From NCBI GenBank assembly GCA_031431875.1, contig JANPEF010000080.1, forward strand, positions 1-16,756: DNA of 16,756 nucleotides, in the 5' to 3' direction. Of the stretch, positions 1 through 8,241 are shown piece after piece (the first letter of the stretch is position 1; each line of letters starts with the position of its first letter). The position numbers and the translations under genes are program-made. This stretch comes from Candidatus Eiseniibacteriota bacterium. GTDB taxonomy: Bacteria; Eisenbacteria; RBG-16-71-46; DASYSL01. Under the pieces are notes generated by a model. It was given only the letters and a program-made list of their open reading frames with translations, made no database searches and was not told where the DNA came from.

Positions 1-421
<421 letters not shown>

Positions 422-425
422 CCGC

Positions 426-1688
426 TCAGTACACCCACTGCAAGCGCGTATGCAGCTGGTCGGTGCGGCCCTCGATGCCGCCCTTGTCGAGCGTCTCCTC
501 GCCGTAGCCGAGCGTGAGCCGCCAGCGACGCGTCGCCCACCAGTTGGCGCCGGCGAACCATGCCTGCAGCTCGCCGCCATCGATTCCCTGGTCGGTGACG
601 TCGAGCCCGCCGTAGCGGCCGAACAGTTCGAGCGCGCCCCAGTGACCCTTGGGCATGACGCGCCGGGCGTAGCCGACCTTCCTGTCGTAGAGACGGTGCT
701 CGCCGGTGACGACCCACGATCCGGTCAGGTAGTAGCCGTGGAAGTTCGGCTCGTCGTCGCCCACGACGTTGACGTGCGTGGTCGTGAGTTCTCCGAGCAG
801 GGAGAATGGCCCCGCGTTCCACAGCGCCTCGGCAGCGAAAGTGTTGGCGTTCTCGGCGGGGATCGCCTTGGTGTCCACGTAGTAATCCGCCACGTTCGAT
901 TCCGGTCGACCGCGATAGCGCAGGACCCCGTCATCGGCCCCGGCATAGCGCCAGCTCGCGCCCAGGTGGAGGAAGTGCCGGCCCGACTCGTCCCACATCG
1001 GCAGGCTGGTGACGCGACCCGAGAGGTCCCAGCCGCTGTCCTCGTAGGCGAGGTCCCTGGTGAACCAGTCGTTGTAGGCGCCCAGCGCCCAGGTGCCGCG
1101 CTCGTCTGCCATGACGTGGTTGAAGCGCAGCCCGATGTTGCGCGAGACGAAGAACGGGCTCAGGAGACGCTCCAGGTGCGGCAGGTTGGCCGCGTCGCCG
1201 ACCATCTCGTAGATGGTCGATTCCTTCGTCTTGCCGACGGTGAGCTTGCCCAGCCCGCCGACGGGGGCCGTGATGCTGATGTCCGTGAAGCTCCAGTCGT
1301 TGTCGGGATCGGTGTCGAAGCCGCGGTACTCGAAGCTGACCAGGTAGGTCCAGGGCGTCGCATGGTTGCGGAAGAGTTCGCCGCGCGCGAGGATGCGGGC
1401 CGAGCGGATGTCCCACTCATCCTCCTGTTCGCCGACCTGGTCGAGGCTCGCCTGGTCCTGCGCGAACCACGTGTAGTCGACGATGGGCACCGCGCCGAAC
1501 TTGAGCGAGAACCACTTGTCCTTGATCGACGTGCTCTTGTACGTGCTGTCCGAGATGTCCGGCACGAACGACGTGTACCCCGGCGCGGCCGGGGGCAGGT
1601 CGAACATCTGCGCCTCGGCGCGAGCCGCAAACGCGACCGAGAGCACGAAGACCAGGCGGGCAGCCCGCTTCATGACGGTGTTCAGCAC
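426..1688 (-). CDS. Phosphate-selective porin OprO/OprP family outer-membrane beta-barrel
   Basis: C-terminal part of ORF 426..2498. Start reassigned to GTG 1688 (GAGGAG 8 nt upstream); ATG 1673 is the alternative. Signal peptide ([22 protein letters not shown]); porin O/P-like motifs [50 protein letters not shown]; aromatic C-terminus RLQWVY. Confidence 0.85.
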   Translation of the reverse strand: MLNTVMKRAARLVFVLSVAFAARAEAQMFDLPPAAPGYTSFVPDISDSTYKSTSIKDKWFSLKFGAVPIVDYTWFAQDQASLDQVGEQEDEWDIRSARILARGELFRNHATPWTYLVSFEYRGFDTDPDNDWSFTDISITAPVGGLGKLTVGKTKESTIYEMVGDAANLPHLERLLSPFFVSRNIGLRFNHVMADERGTWALGAYNDWFTRDLAYEDSGWDLSGRVTSLPMWDESGRHFLHLGASWRYAGADDGVLRYRGRPESNVADYYVDTKAIPAENANTFAAEALWNAGPFSLLGELTTTHVNVVGDDEPNFHGYYLTGSWVVTGEHRLYDRKVGYARRVMPKGHWGALELFGRYGGLDVTDQGIDGGELQAWFAGANWWATRRWRLTLGYGEETLDKGGIEGRTDQLHTRLQWVY

Positions 1689-1741
1689 GGTCGCGACTCC
1701 TCGGGGAAGAAGGAACGGAACGACAGGAGGGGAGGGAGCGG

Positions 1742-2842
1742 CTACGCGGTCGCCGGGGCGTCGGCGATGATCTCGTACAGGGTCGTGCGTTGGGCCGGTT
1801 CGAACCCCGCCTCGCGGATCAGGGTTCGCGTCTCCTCGACGGTCGTCATGTTCACGTGGCCGGTCGCCTTGTGCACGTTCTCCTCGAACAGCGTGCCGCC
1901 GAAGTCGTCGGCCCCGAACTGCAGCGAGACCTGGCCCGTCTTCTTGCCCTCGGAAAACCACGTCGCCTGGATGTGCTCGAAGTTGTCGAGGATCAGGCGG
2001 CTGGCGGCGAGCATGCGCAGGTACTTCGCCGGGCCGGCGTTGCGCGGGACCCACTTGCGCAGCGGCGTGTTGTCGCGCTTGTACGACCATGGCACGAACG
2101 CGGTGAAGCCCGCGTTGCCCTCGGCGAGCGCCGCATCCTGAAGCGTGCGGATCGACTCCAGGTGCTCGAGCACGTCCTCGGCCGTCTCGACGTGCCCGTA
2201 CATCATCGTCGCGGTCGAGCGCAGGCCCACCTCGTGGGCGATGCGGTGGACGTCGAGCCACGTCTCGGGCCCGCCCTTCTTGGGCGAGATCTTCTTGCGC
2301 ACGCGCGCGGACAGGATCTCGGCGCCGCCGCCGGGCAGTGACACCTGCCCTGCGTCGCGCAGCGCGGTGAGCACGCCGCGGATGTCCATCCCCGACACCT
2401 CGACCATCTGCTGGATCTCGGGGGCCGAGAAGAAGTGCGGCGTGATGTCGGGATAGCGCTCGCGCACGGTGCGGATGAGGCGCGGGTAGAACTCCCACGG
2501 CACCGCCGGATTGAGCCCGCCCTGCAGTAGCACGGTCGTGCAGCCGTAGGTGCGCGCCTTCTCCACGTGCTCGAGAACCTGCTCGATCGTCAGCGTGTAG
2601 ACGTCCTCGCCGACGTAGGACGGCTTCCGGTAGAACGCGCAGAACGTGCAGTCGACCGTGCAGACGTTCGTGTAGTTCGGGTTCGAGTCGACCACGTAGG
2701 TGACGCGCTTCTCGGGGTTCTTGGCGAAGCGCACCTCCTGCGCCAGCGCCCCCAGCTCGAGCAGCGGCATGTCGGTCAGTGCGTGCAGCGCTTCCTCGCG
2801 GGTGAGGCGGCGGCTCGTGTCGATCGCGAGATCAGGCGTCAA
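1742..2842 (-). CDS. mqnC: Cyclic dehypoxanthinyl futalosine synthase (radical SAM, CofH/MqnC family)
   Basis: NYTNVCTVDCTFCAFYR (CxxxCxxC), LLQGGLNP, SLPGGGAEIL, STATMMYGHVET, FTAFVPWSY, GADDFGGTLFEENV. Start set at TTG 2842 (GGAAGGAG 7 nt upstream, overlapping the end of mqnA); 366 aa. Confidence 0.92.
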   Translation of the reverse strand: MTPDLAIDTSRRLTREEALHALTDMPLLELGALAQEVRFAKNPEKRVTYVVDSNPNYTNVCTVDCTFCAFYRKPSYVGEDVYTLTIEQVLEHVEKARTYGCTTVLLQGGLNPAVPWEFYPRLIRTVRERYPDITPHFFSAPEIQQMVEVSGMDIRGVLTALRDAGQVSLPGGGAEILSARVRKKISPKKGGPETWLDVHRIAHEVGLRSTATMMYGHVETAEDVLEHLESIRTLQDAALAEGNAGFTAFVPWSYKRDNTPLRKWVPRNAGPAKYLRMLAASRLILDNFEHIQATWFSEGKKTGQVSLQFGADDFGGTLFEENVHKATGHVNMTTVEETRTLIREAGFEPAQRTTLYEIIADAPATA

Positions 2843-3659
2843 GGCGATGCTCCTTCCACAGCGCGCGGAAGCGGGTAAGGCCGGCTTCCTCGTCGGGGCC
2901 CAGGCGGTAGCGGAACGCGCGCAGGTAGTCCGCGAGCCACGCGGCGTCGCCCAATGCTGGATCGTCGTTCGAAGCGGCGGTGGCGAGAGCTTCAAGATCC
3001 TGCTCGCCTTCGGCGAGCGATCTCTCAAGGAACGCGGCGAGCCGCGCCTTCTCTTCGGCGGGCAGGCTCGTGCGCACGGCCCACACCGCATAGACGAACG
3101 GCAGTCCGGTCCAGGCGAGCCACTCGGCGCCCAGGTCGAGCATGTGCAGCGCCGGATCGGCCGCGGCGGCGCTACGCGCCCGCAAGGCGGCGTCCCCGAT
3201 CAGGAGCCAGGCGTCCCCGGTGGGGGCGGCCGCGGCCTCGACCGCGCGGCGCACGTACGTGACGGCGCGGGCGCCGAAGCGCTCGGCGAGCAGGATCTTC
3301 GTCAGGGCGACCGAGGTCTGCGACTCGGTCGTGAGATCCACGCTGCGCGGGCCCGCGTCGGGCGCGAACAGCGCCGCCAACGGCGTGCGCGCAAACAGGA
3401 GCACGCTCGAGACCGCGCCGCGGCAGGTGATGCCGAAGGGCCCCACGCGCTCGAAGCGGGGATCGAGGCCGAACCAGTCGGCGACGGCCATGAGCCCGGC
3501 GTCGGCGCGACCGGCCCGTGCCTCCTCGCCCAGCGCGCGCGGCGGCAGGTCGACGGTGGCGCCGGGCGCCTCGTCCCAGCGGACGTAGAAGGGCGCGGCA
3601 TTGAGGTACGGGATGCGGGCCAGGGTGGCGAGCGTGGTGGTGGCGCGCGGCTCGCTCAA
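2832..3659 (-). CDS. mqnA: Chorismate dehydratase (futalosine pathway, MqnA/MqnD-fold family)
   Basis: C-terminal part of ORF 2832..4544: RIPYLNAAPFY, GAVSSVLLF, SQTSVAL, LLIGDAAL, DLGAEWLAWTGLPFVYAVW. TTG start at 3659 overlaps the mqnE stop (TTGA), GAGG upstream; 275 aa. Confidence 0.92.
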   Translation of the reverse strand: MSEPRATTTLATLARIPYLNAAPFYVRWDEAPGATVDLPPRALGEEARAGRADAGLMAVADWFGLDPRFERVGPFGITCRGAVSSVLLFARTPLAALFAPDAGPRSVDLTTESQTSVALTKILLAERFGARAVTYVRRAVEAAAAPTGDAWLLIGDAALRARSAAAADPALHMLDLGAEWLAWTGLPFVYAVWAVRTSLPAEEKARLAAFLERSLAEGEQDLEALATAASNDDPALGDAAWLADYLRAFRYRLGPDEEAGLTRFRALWKEHRLDA

Positions 3660-4774
3660 GCCGGGACCTCGTCGTGCACCTTGAGCACGTTGTACAGCGC
3701 GTCGCGCTCGACCGGCGTCTTCCCGGCCTCGCGAATCAGCTCGATCAGGCGCTCGCGGGCCAGGCCCAGCGGCGACTGGGCGAGCGCGGCGTGGGCGATC
3801 TTCTCCTCGCCGATCGTGCCGTCGATGTCCGAGGCCCCGAAGTTGAGCCCGATCGACGCGGTTTCCTCGCCGAGCATGACCCAGTACGACTTGATATGCG
3901 GGATGTTGTCGAACACCAGGCGCGACATGGCAAGCGTGCGCAGGTCCTCGAGCGCGGACGCCTGGCGGGGCACCAGGTTCGTGTAGCCCACCTGGAACTC
4001 GAGCGGGATGAAGGCGAAGAACCCGGGCGCCTCGTCCTCGAGGTCGCGCAGGCGCAGCACGTGCTGCACGCGTTCCTCGTACGTCTCGATGTGGCCGAAC
4101 AGGAGCGTACAGTTGGAGCGGATGCCCATCTGGTGCGCGATCCTGTGCACCTCGAGCCAGCGATCGGCGCCGATCTTCTGCTTGAACAGGATCTGCTTCA
4201 CGCGCTCGCTGAACACTTCGGCACCGCCGCCGGGCATGGTGTTCATGCCGGCCTCGACCATGTCGGTGAGCACTTCCTGGATCGACTTGCGCGCCAGGCG
4301 CGCGAAGAAGTCGATCTCGACGGCGGTCCACGCCTTGATCTGGAGATTCGGGTACGTGGCGCGGAGCTGGCGCACGATATCGACGTAGTGCTCGTACTTC
4401 CACTTGGGGTGCAGGCCGCCGACCATGTGGATCTCGGTGATCCCGCCCTCGCCGTGGGCGAGGATCTGGTCCATGTCCATCTCGTAGCCGTGCGTGTCGG
4501 TCGGGCTCTTCGCGTAGTCGCAGAAGATGCAGTCGAGCACGCACTTGTTGGTCGGGTTGAGCTGGCGGTTGAACACGAAGTACGTGCGGTCGCCATGGAG
4601 CGCGGTCCGGTAGGCGTCGGCCATGCGGCCCAGGGCGAGGACGTCCTCGGTCTCGAGCATCGCCACGCCGTCTTCGAGCGTCATGCGCTCGCCGGCCTTG
4701 AAGCGATCCCAGATACCGGCGAGGCGCCGGTCACGGAAGCGGATGTCGACGTCGACGGGAAGCGGGTGGGACAC
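3656..4774 (-). CDS. mqnE: Aminofutalosine synthase (radical SAM)
   Basis: FNRQLNPTNKCVLDCIFCDY (CxxxCxxC), EIHMVGGLHP, IKAWTAVEI, MPGGGAEVFS, SNCTLLFGHIET, FFAFIPLEFQ, FDNIPHIKSYWVMLG, DIDGTIGEEKI. These motifs separate MqnE from MqnC; adjacent to mqnA and mqnC. Confidence 0.93.
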   Translation of the reverse strand: MSHPLPVDVDIRFRDRRLAGIWDRFKAGERMTLEDGVAMLETEDVLALGRMADAYRTALHGDRTYFVFNRQLNPTNKCVLDCIFCDYAKSPTDTHGYEMDMDQILAHGEGGITEIHMVGGLHPKWKYEHYVDIVRQLRATYPNLQIKAWTAVEIDFFARLARKSIQEVLTDMVEAGMNTMPGGGAEVFSERVKQILFKQKIGADRWLEVHRIAHQMGIRSNCTLLFGHIETYEERVQHVLRLRDLEDEAPGFFAFIPLEFQVGYTNLVPRQASALEDLRTLAMSRLVFDNIPHIKSYWVMLGEETASIGLNFGASDIDGTIGEEKIAHAALAQSPLGLARERLIELIREAGKTPVERDALYNVLKVHDEVPA

Positions 4775-4834
4775 TCGATCCTGCCTTTCGAGGGATGGCG
4801 GCGCGCCGCACGGGTCGCGGCGTCGGCCGGGGGC

Positions 4835-4843
4835 AGGATATCA
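4835..4843 (-). promoter_or_regulatory. Putative extended -10 element (TG-A-TATCCT) upstream of mqnE
   Basis: Minus strand reads TGATATCCT about 60 nt before the mqnE GTG; matches TGnTAnnnT in an otherwise very GC-rich spacer. Confidence 0.5.
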
Positions 4844-4869
4844 GGGATGAGCGGGGTCGGCCAAGCTGA

Positions 4870-6336
4870 TCAGGCGGCGTGGTCGAGGTCCGCGGGCACG
4901 TCGAAGCCCAACAGGTCGCGCGCGACCGTGCGCTCTGCGGGCAGCGTGCCGCCGGCCCAGTGGAGCTGTGGATCGAACGAGCGTCCCGCCGGCCCGGTGA
5001 CCGGGTGCAGGATCGGGCGCGCGATATCGTCGCGGTTCGGTGCGATCACCATCGCGATCGTGCCGTCGTCCAGCTCGACGAACTGGCCCGGCGGGTGGAT
5101 GCCGAGGACTTCGATCAGCGCCAGCTTGAGCCAGGGATCGAAGCCACCGGTCAGTGGCCCGACGATCATGCCCAGCGCCTGCGCCGGGGTCGTCGACTTG
5201 CCGACGTCGCCGCGCGCCGAGATCATCCGCGCGTAGGCCGCCGCGATCGAGACGATCTGCGACAGCACGCTGCTGCGCCCGGGCAATGCCCTTCCCGAAC
5301 TCGCCTCGAAAGCGACGCGCATCACCTTGACCGTCGTCGCCTGCAAGGTGGCGCGACGGGCGAGGATGAGCGCCCCCGCGCAGCCGATGCGCGCGGGATC
5401 CTCGGTCACGGAGCGACCGATTCCGTGCAGCAAGGCGGCCATCGACAGATCGGCCAGCGTCTGCCGATCGAAGCCGAGGCGGTGCCCGATCGCGGTCGCG
5501 ATCAGACAGGCGTTGACGTTGCGCGCGTAGGTGAACCCGTCGCGCTTGATCATGCCGGCGAGGCCGAGGACGATTGGATCCGTGGACGTGGCGGAGTCGA
5601 CGATCGGCTGGACGACACGGCGGGCGTGGCGGAACTCGAGCCCGCGCTGCGCGGTCGTGCTGGTGAGCAGCGATTGTAGTCCGCTCAACGCGGCCGCGTA
5701 GTGCTTGGGCGCGGCGCCGAGTGCAGCCGTCGATGGCGAAGTCGCTCCGCTCGCCGCGCCGGTCGAACCCACCGGCATCGCGCTTGGATCGCGCGGATCG
5801 AGCTGCGCCTCTGGCCCCGCGGTTGTGCCGGCCCCGAGCCCCGACTCATTCGTCGCATCATCCGACGGATCCTCGAGCACGCGAACGACCGGCAGGATGC
5901 GTTCGAGTCCCCGTTCGTGCGCCGCCGCGAGCAGGGCGTCGCCGCGCGCGGCGTCGGCGTCGAGCAGGAGTTCGAAGAACCGGCGCCACTCCGCCTGATC
6001 GGGCTCGCCGCGGACCTCGAAGCCGGAGATGTTCCGCTTGTCCAGCTCGCCGATCAGCGCCTTCGCCATGCGGAACCCGTGCGAGGTCATGGCCACGCGG
6101 GTTCCGTCGAGGAAGACCTCCCCACCGTAGGCGACGAACAAGAACTCGCCGTACTCGCGCAGGTGCGGCCGGACAGTCTCGACGAGCATGTCGAGCTGTT
6201 GCACGAAGAGCTGATTCTGCGACGAGTACGAGCGACCGACGCGCATCAGTGCCCCGACCCGCATGAGCAGGTCCGAACCGAAGGCGCGGCGCCCCTCGTG
6301 ATCCTCAAGGTGGGAAAGTGGCGTGAATTCGCTCAC
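4870..6336 (-). CDS. Degenerate HD-GYP-like protein (probably catalytically inactive) with uncharacterised N-terminal domain
   Basis: GTG 6336 overlaps the upstream stop (GTGA); 488 aa. HD-GYP scaffold is recognisable: FTYARNVNACLI..IGHRLG...LADLSMAALLHGIGR, GALIL, VAFEAS, SQIVSIAAAYARMIS, TPAQAL, GGFDP, LGIHPPGQFVELDDGTIAMV..PN....RP. Metal-ligand positions are substituted. Confidence 0.8.
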   Translation of the reverse strand: MSEFTPLSHLEDHEGRRAFGSDLLMRVGALMRVGRSYSSQNQLFVQQLDMLVETVRPHLREYGEFLFVAYGGEVFLDGTRVAMTSHGFRMAKALIGELDKRNISGFEVRGEPDQAEWRRFFELLLDADAARGDALLAAAHERGLERILPVVRVLEDPSDDATNESGLGAGTTAGPEAQLDPRDPSAMPVGSTGAASGATSPSTAALGAAPKHYAAALSGLQSLLTSTTAQRGLEFRHARRVVQPIVDSATSTDPIVLGLAGMIKRDGFTYARNVNACLIATAIGHRLGFDRQTLADLSMAALLHGIGRSVTEDPARIGCAGALILARRATLQATTVKVMRVAFEASSGRALPGRSSVLSQIVSIAAAYARMISARGDVGKSTTPAQALGMIVGPLTGGFDPWLKLALIEVLGIHPPGQFVELDDGTIAMVIAPNRDDIARPILHPVTGPAGRSFDPQLHWAGGTLPAERTVARDLLGFDVPADLDHAA

Positions 6337-8111
6337 GCCGCCCGCCGCTCCGTCGTTTCGCCGCACGCGGCGCGCACGGCCTCGGCTTTGTGCGCACGTC
6401 CGCGCGCCAGCGCGGCCGCCGCCTCCGGGACGCCGAGCCGGGCCAGTGCCTGGCCGGCCCCGGAGCGCCGCCAGTTCGGCCGAGCGAACCAGCCGCCCTG
6501 CACCAGGTGGGCCTCGAGCGCCGGAACGATTGTGGCGTCCCCGACGTCGACCAGGGTCTGGTGCAGCGTGCGTCGGAATTCGTCGGAGCGCTTGTCGGTT
6601 TCCGGCAGCTCGAGCAGGCGCACGACCGCCTGGGCGACCTGGCGGTTGCGCTCGCGGCGCGCCGAGCGCAGGGCGAGCAGGACGGTCGACTCATCGGCAT
6701 TGTCGAGGAGTGCGAGGGTCAGGTTCGTCCGTTCGGGATCGGGGAACGCCGGGATCGCCCGGGCCAGTTCGCAAGTGACGTCGGGGTCCGGGTGCCGCGC
6801 GACCGGCGCGCAGACCACGGCGGCGTCGCGACCGCCGATGTGACCCAGCACCGAGATCGCGTGCACGACGATCGCACTCGAGGACGAGACGAGCGCACGC
6901 GACAGCGCCGCGGGATTCTGCGCGCACAGGTAGGCGAGCGCGGCGCAGGCGGCGGCGCGAGTGCGCTCCGTCCTCGTGCCGCGGAGCGCGGCAATCGCGA
7001 GCGGCGAGCCGGCCTCGCCGATGGTCATGAGCATCATGAAGAAGGCGTCGAGTTCGGCGGGTAGCGCACCGTCGAGGCTCTCGCCGAGCTCGATCTCCGA
7101 GCGGCCGTCGAGCGTGTCGCGCAGCAACGCCGACGAACTTTCCGCGTCCGCATCGAGGTCGCTCAGCAGGCGGGTCAGCTCCGTGGCTTCGGTCCAGCGG
7201 GCGCGATCGATCGCGTGCGCCACGCCGGTGATGGTCAGGCGCGCCAGCGCCGCCCGGGCCGCGGGCACGTCCTCGACGGCGAGCACCTGAGCGAAGAGAG
7301 CGGCCGCCTCGCTGCGCCAGTCCTGCGCGTTCTCCGCGCGCCACGCCTCGAGCAGGCGATCGCGGCCGCCTTCGTCTTCGCGGCGCAGCTCCTCGTAGGC
7401 GTGGCGCGCGGACATGTAGACGGGGGGCGGCGACTCCTCGAGCCCGTGCTCGCGCTGCAGTCCCACGGCTCCGCCGCGGTCGCCGAGTTCGCCGCGGATC
7501 TCCGCGGCCAGCGGCGGCAGCCCCAGGCCCAGGCCCAGGCCGCGGTCGGCACGCTCCGGTGGCCCCATGCCGGTGGCGACGAACAACGGTTGCTCGGGTG
7601 GAGCCGCGTCGACCCGGATGTGGGTCGGGTTCGCTTGCCACAGTGCGGTGACTATGTCGTCGGCACGATCGCGATCGGTCCACGACAGGGCGAGGGCGTC
7701 CACCAGCGCGTCGATGTCGCGATCGGGAATCCCGGGCATGAGCGTCAGCTCGCGTACGCCGTCGCGATACAGGCGGAAGGGGAGTTCGGAGATGAGCCGC
7801 TGCGCCGTCTCCCCGCGGGCGGCGCCGCGCCGATGCGGGTGCACGATCATCTCGTCGCCGAGAAGGATCTCCTCGGGGGTGATGCGGAAGGTCCACCCTC
7901 CGGCCGCCTCGAGCAGCTCCTTGGTCAGCCGCGCGAAGTCCGCCCGCGCCTGGTCGACGACGGGATTCGCCGACCGATACAGGCGCGTGGTCTTCGCAGT
8001 GCGCGAGAGGTCACGCAACCACTCGGCTGCCGCGACCGCCCCCGGGCTCAGGCCGGGCGCGTTCGGAACTTCGGCCGAGGGCTCGGCCGCCGATTCGAGG
8101 CTCTCATCCAC
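6333..8111 (-). CDS. HEAT-repeat (alpha-solenoid) protein with uncharacterised N-terminal domain
   Basis: GTG 8111 with GGAGG 7 nt upstream; 592 aa. C-terminal half has HEAT_2-like helical repeats (RTRAAACAALA, IVVHAISVLGHIGG, ARHPDPDVTCELARAI, LLDNADESTVLLALRS, AGQALARLG, AEAVRAAC). Confidence 0.8.
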   Translation of the reverse strand: MDESLESAAEPSAEVPNAPGLSPGAVAAAEWLRDLSRTAKTTRLYRSANPVVDQARADFARLTKELLEAAGGWTFRITPEEILLGDEMIVHPHRRGAARGETAQRLISELPFRLYRDGVRELTLMPGIPDRDIDALVDALALSWTDRDRADDIVTALWQANPTHIRVDAAPPEQPLFVATGMGPPERADRGLGLGLGLPPLAAEIRGELGDRGGAVGLQREHGLEESPPPVYMSARHAYEELRREDEGGRDRLLEAWRAENAQDWRSEAAALFAQVLAVEDVPAARAALARLTITGVAHAIDRARWTEATELTRLLSDLDADAESSSALLRDTLDGRSEIELGESLDGALPAELDAFFMMLMTIGEAGSPLAIAALRGTRTERTRAAACAALAYLCAQNPAALSRALVSSSSAIVVHAISVLGHIGGRDAAVVCAPVARHPDPDVTCELARAIPAFPDPERTNLTLALLDNADESTVLLALRSARRERNRQVAQAVVRLLELPETDKRSDEFRRTLHQTLVDVGDATIVPALEAHLVQGGWFARPNWRRSGAGQALARLGVPEAAAALARGRAHKAEAVRAACGETTERRAA

Positions 8112-8174
8112 GCAGGATCCTCCGTGAGCGCCGGGGGGAGAGCGCTCGCCCTGTTATCGGAAGCGGCAACCTGA

Positions 8175-8180
8175 AGGATA
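8175..8180 (-). promoter_or_regulatory. Putative -10 element (TATCCT) for the HEAT/HD-GYP-like pair
   Basis: TAnnnT hexamer, identical to the one upstream of mqnE, in the 130-nt ubiD-HEAT spacer; no convincing -35. Confidence 0.35.
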
Positions 8181-8205
8181 ACGGGGATGGGTCGGTTCCG
8201 GGGTC

Positions 8206-8222
8206 GATCCGGGGACCGGATC
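8206..8222. terminator. Short hairpin GATCCGG-gga-CCGGATC just downstream of ubiD
   Basis: Perfect 7-bp inverted repeat about 20 nt after the ubiD stop; no U-tract, so terminator function is uncertain. Confidence 0.25.
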
Positions 8223-8241
8223 TCGAGGCTCCGACGACGGT

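Noticed and set aside
1689..1741. Pho box or riboswitch upstream of the porin
   Set aside because: Only a pyrimidine-rich tract on the coding strand; no 11-bp-period Pho repeats or recognisable aptamer.
1689..2498. Apparent N-terminal extension of the porin ORF (690 aa), and similar extensions of mqnA (to 4544) and the AlgE-like ORF (from 13836)
   Set aside because: Extensions overlap real genes in another frame and read as low-complexity; internal starts with SD, signal peptide or stop/start overlap explain the true proteins. No evidence for fusions or programmed frameshifts.
1742..4774. Alternative call of the two radical SAM genes as CofH/CofG (F420 synthesis)
   Set aside because: They flank a clear mqnA, lie near ubiX/ubiD/ubiA and carry MqnE- and MqnC-type motifs.
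4870..6336. Calling the HD-GYP-like gene a pseudogene
   Set aside because: ORF is intact, coupled to the upstream gene and retains structural motifs.
7522..7541. CCCAGG tandem repeat (three copies)
   Set aside because: Simply encodes GLGLGLG within the HEAT protein; in-frame hexamer, too short to suggest phase variation.
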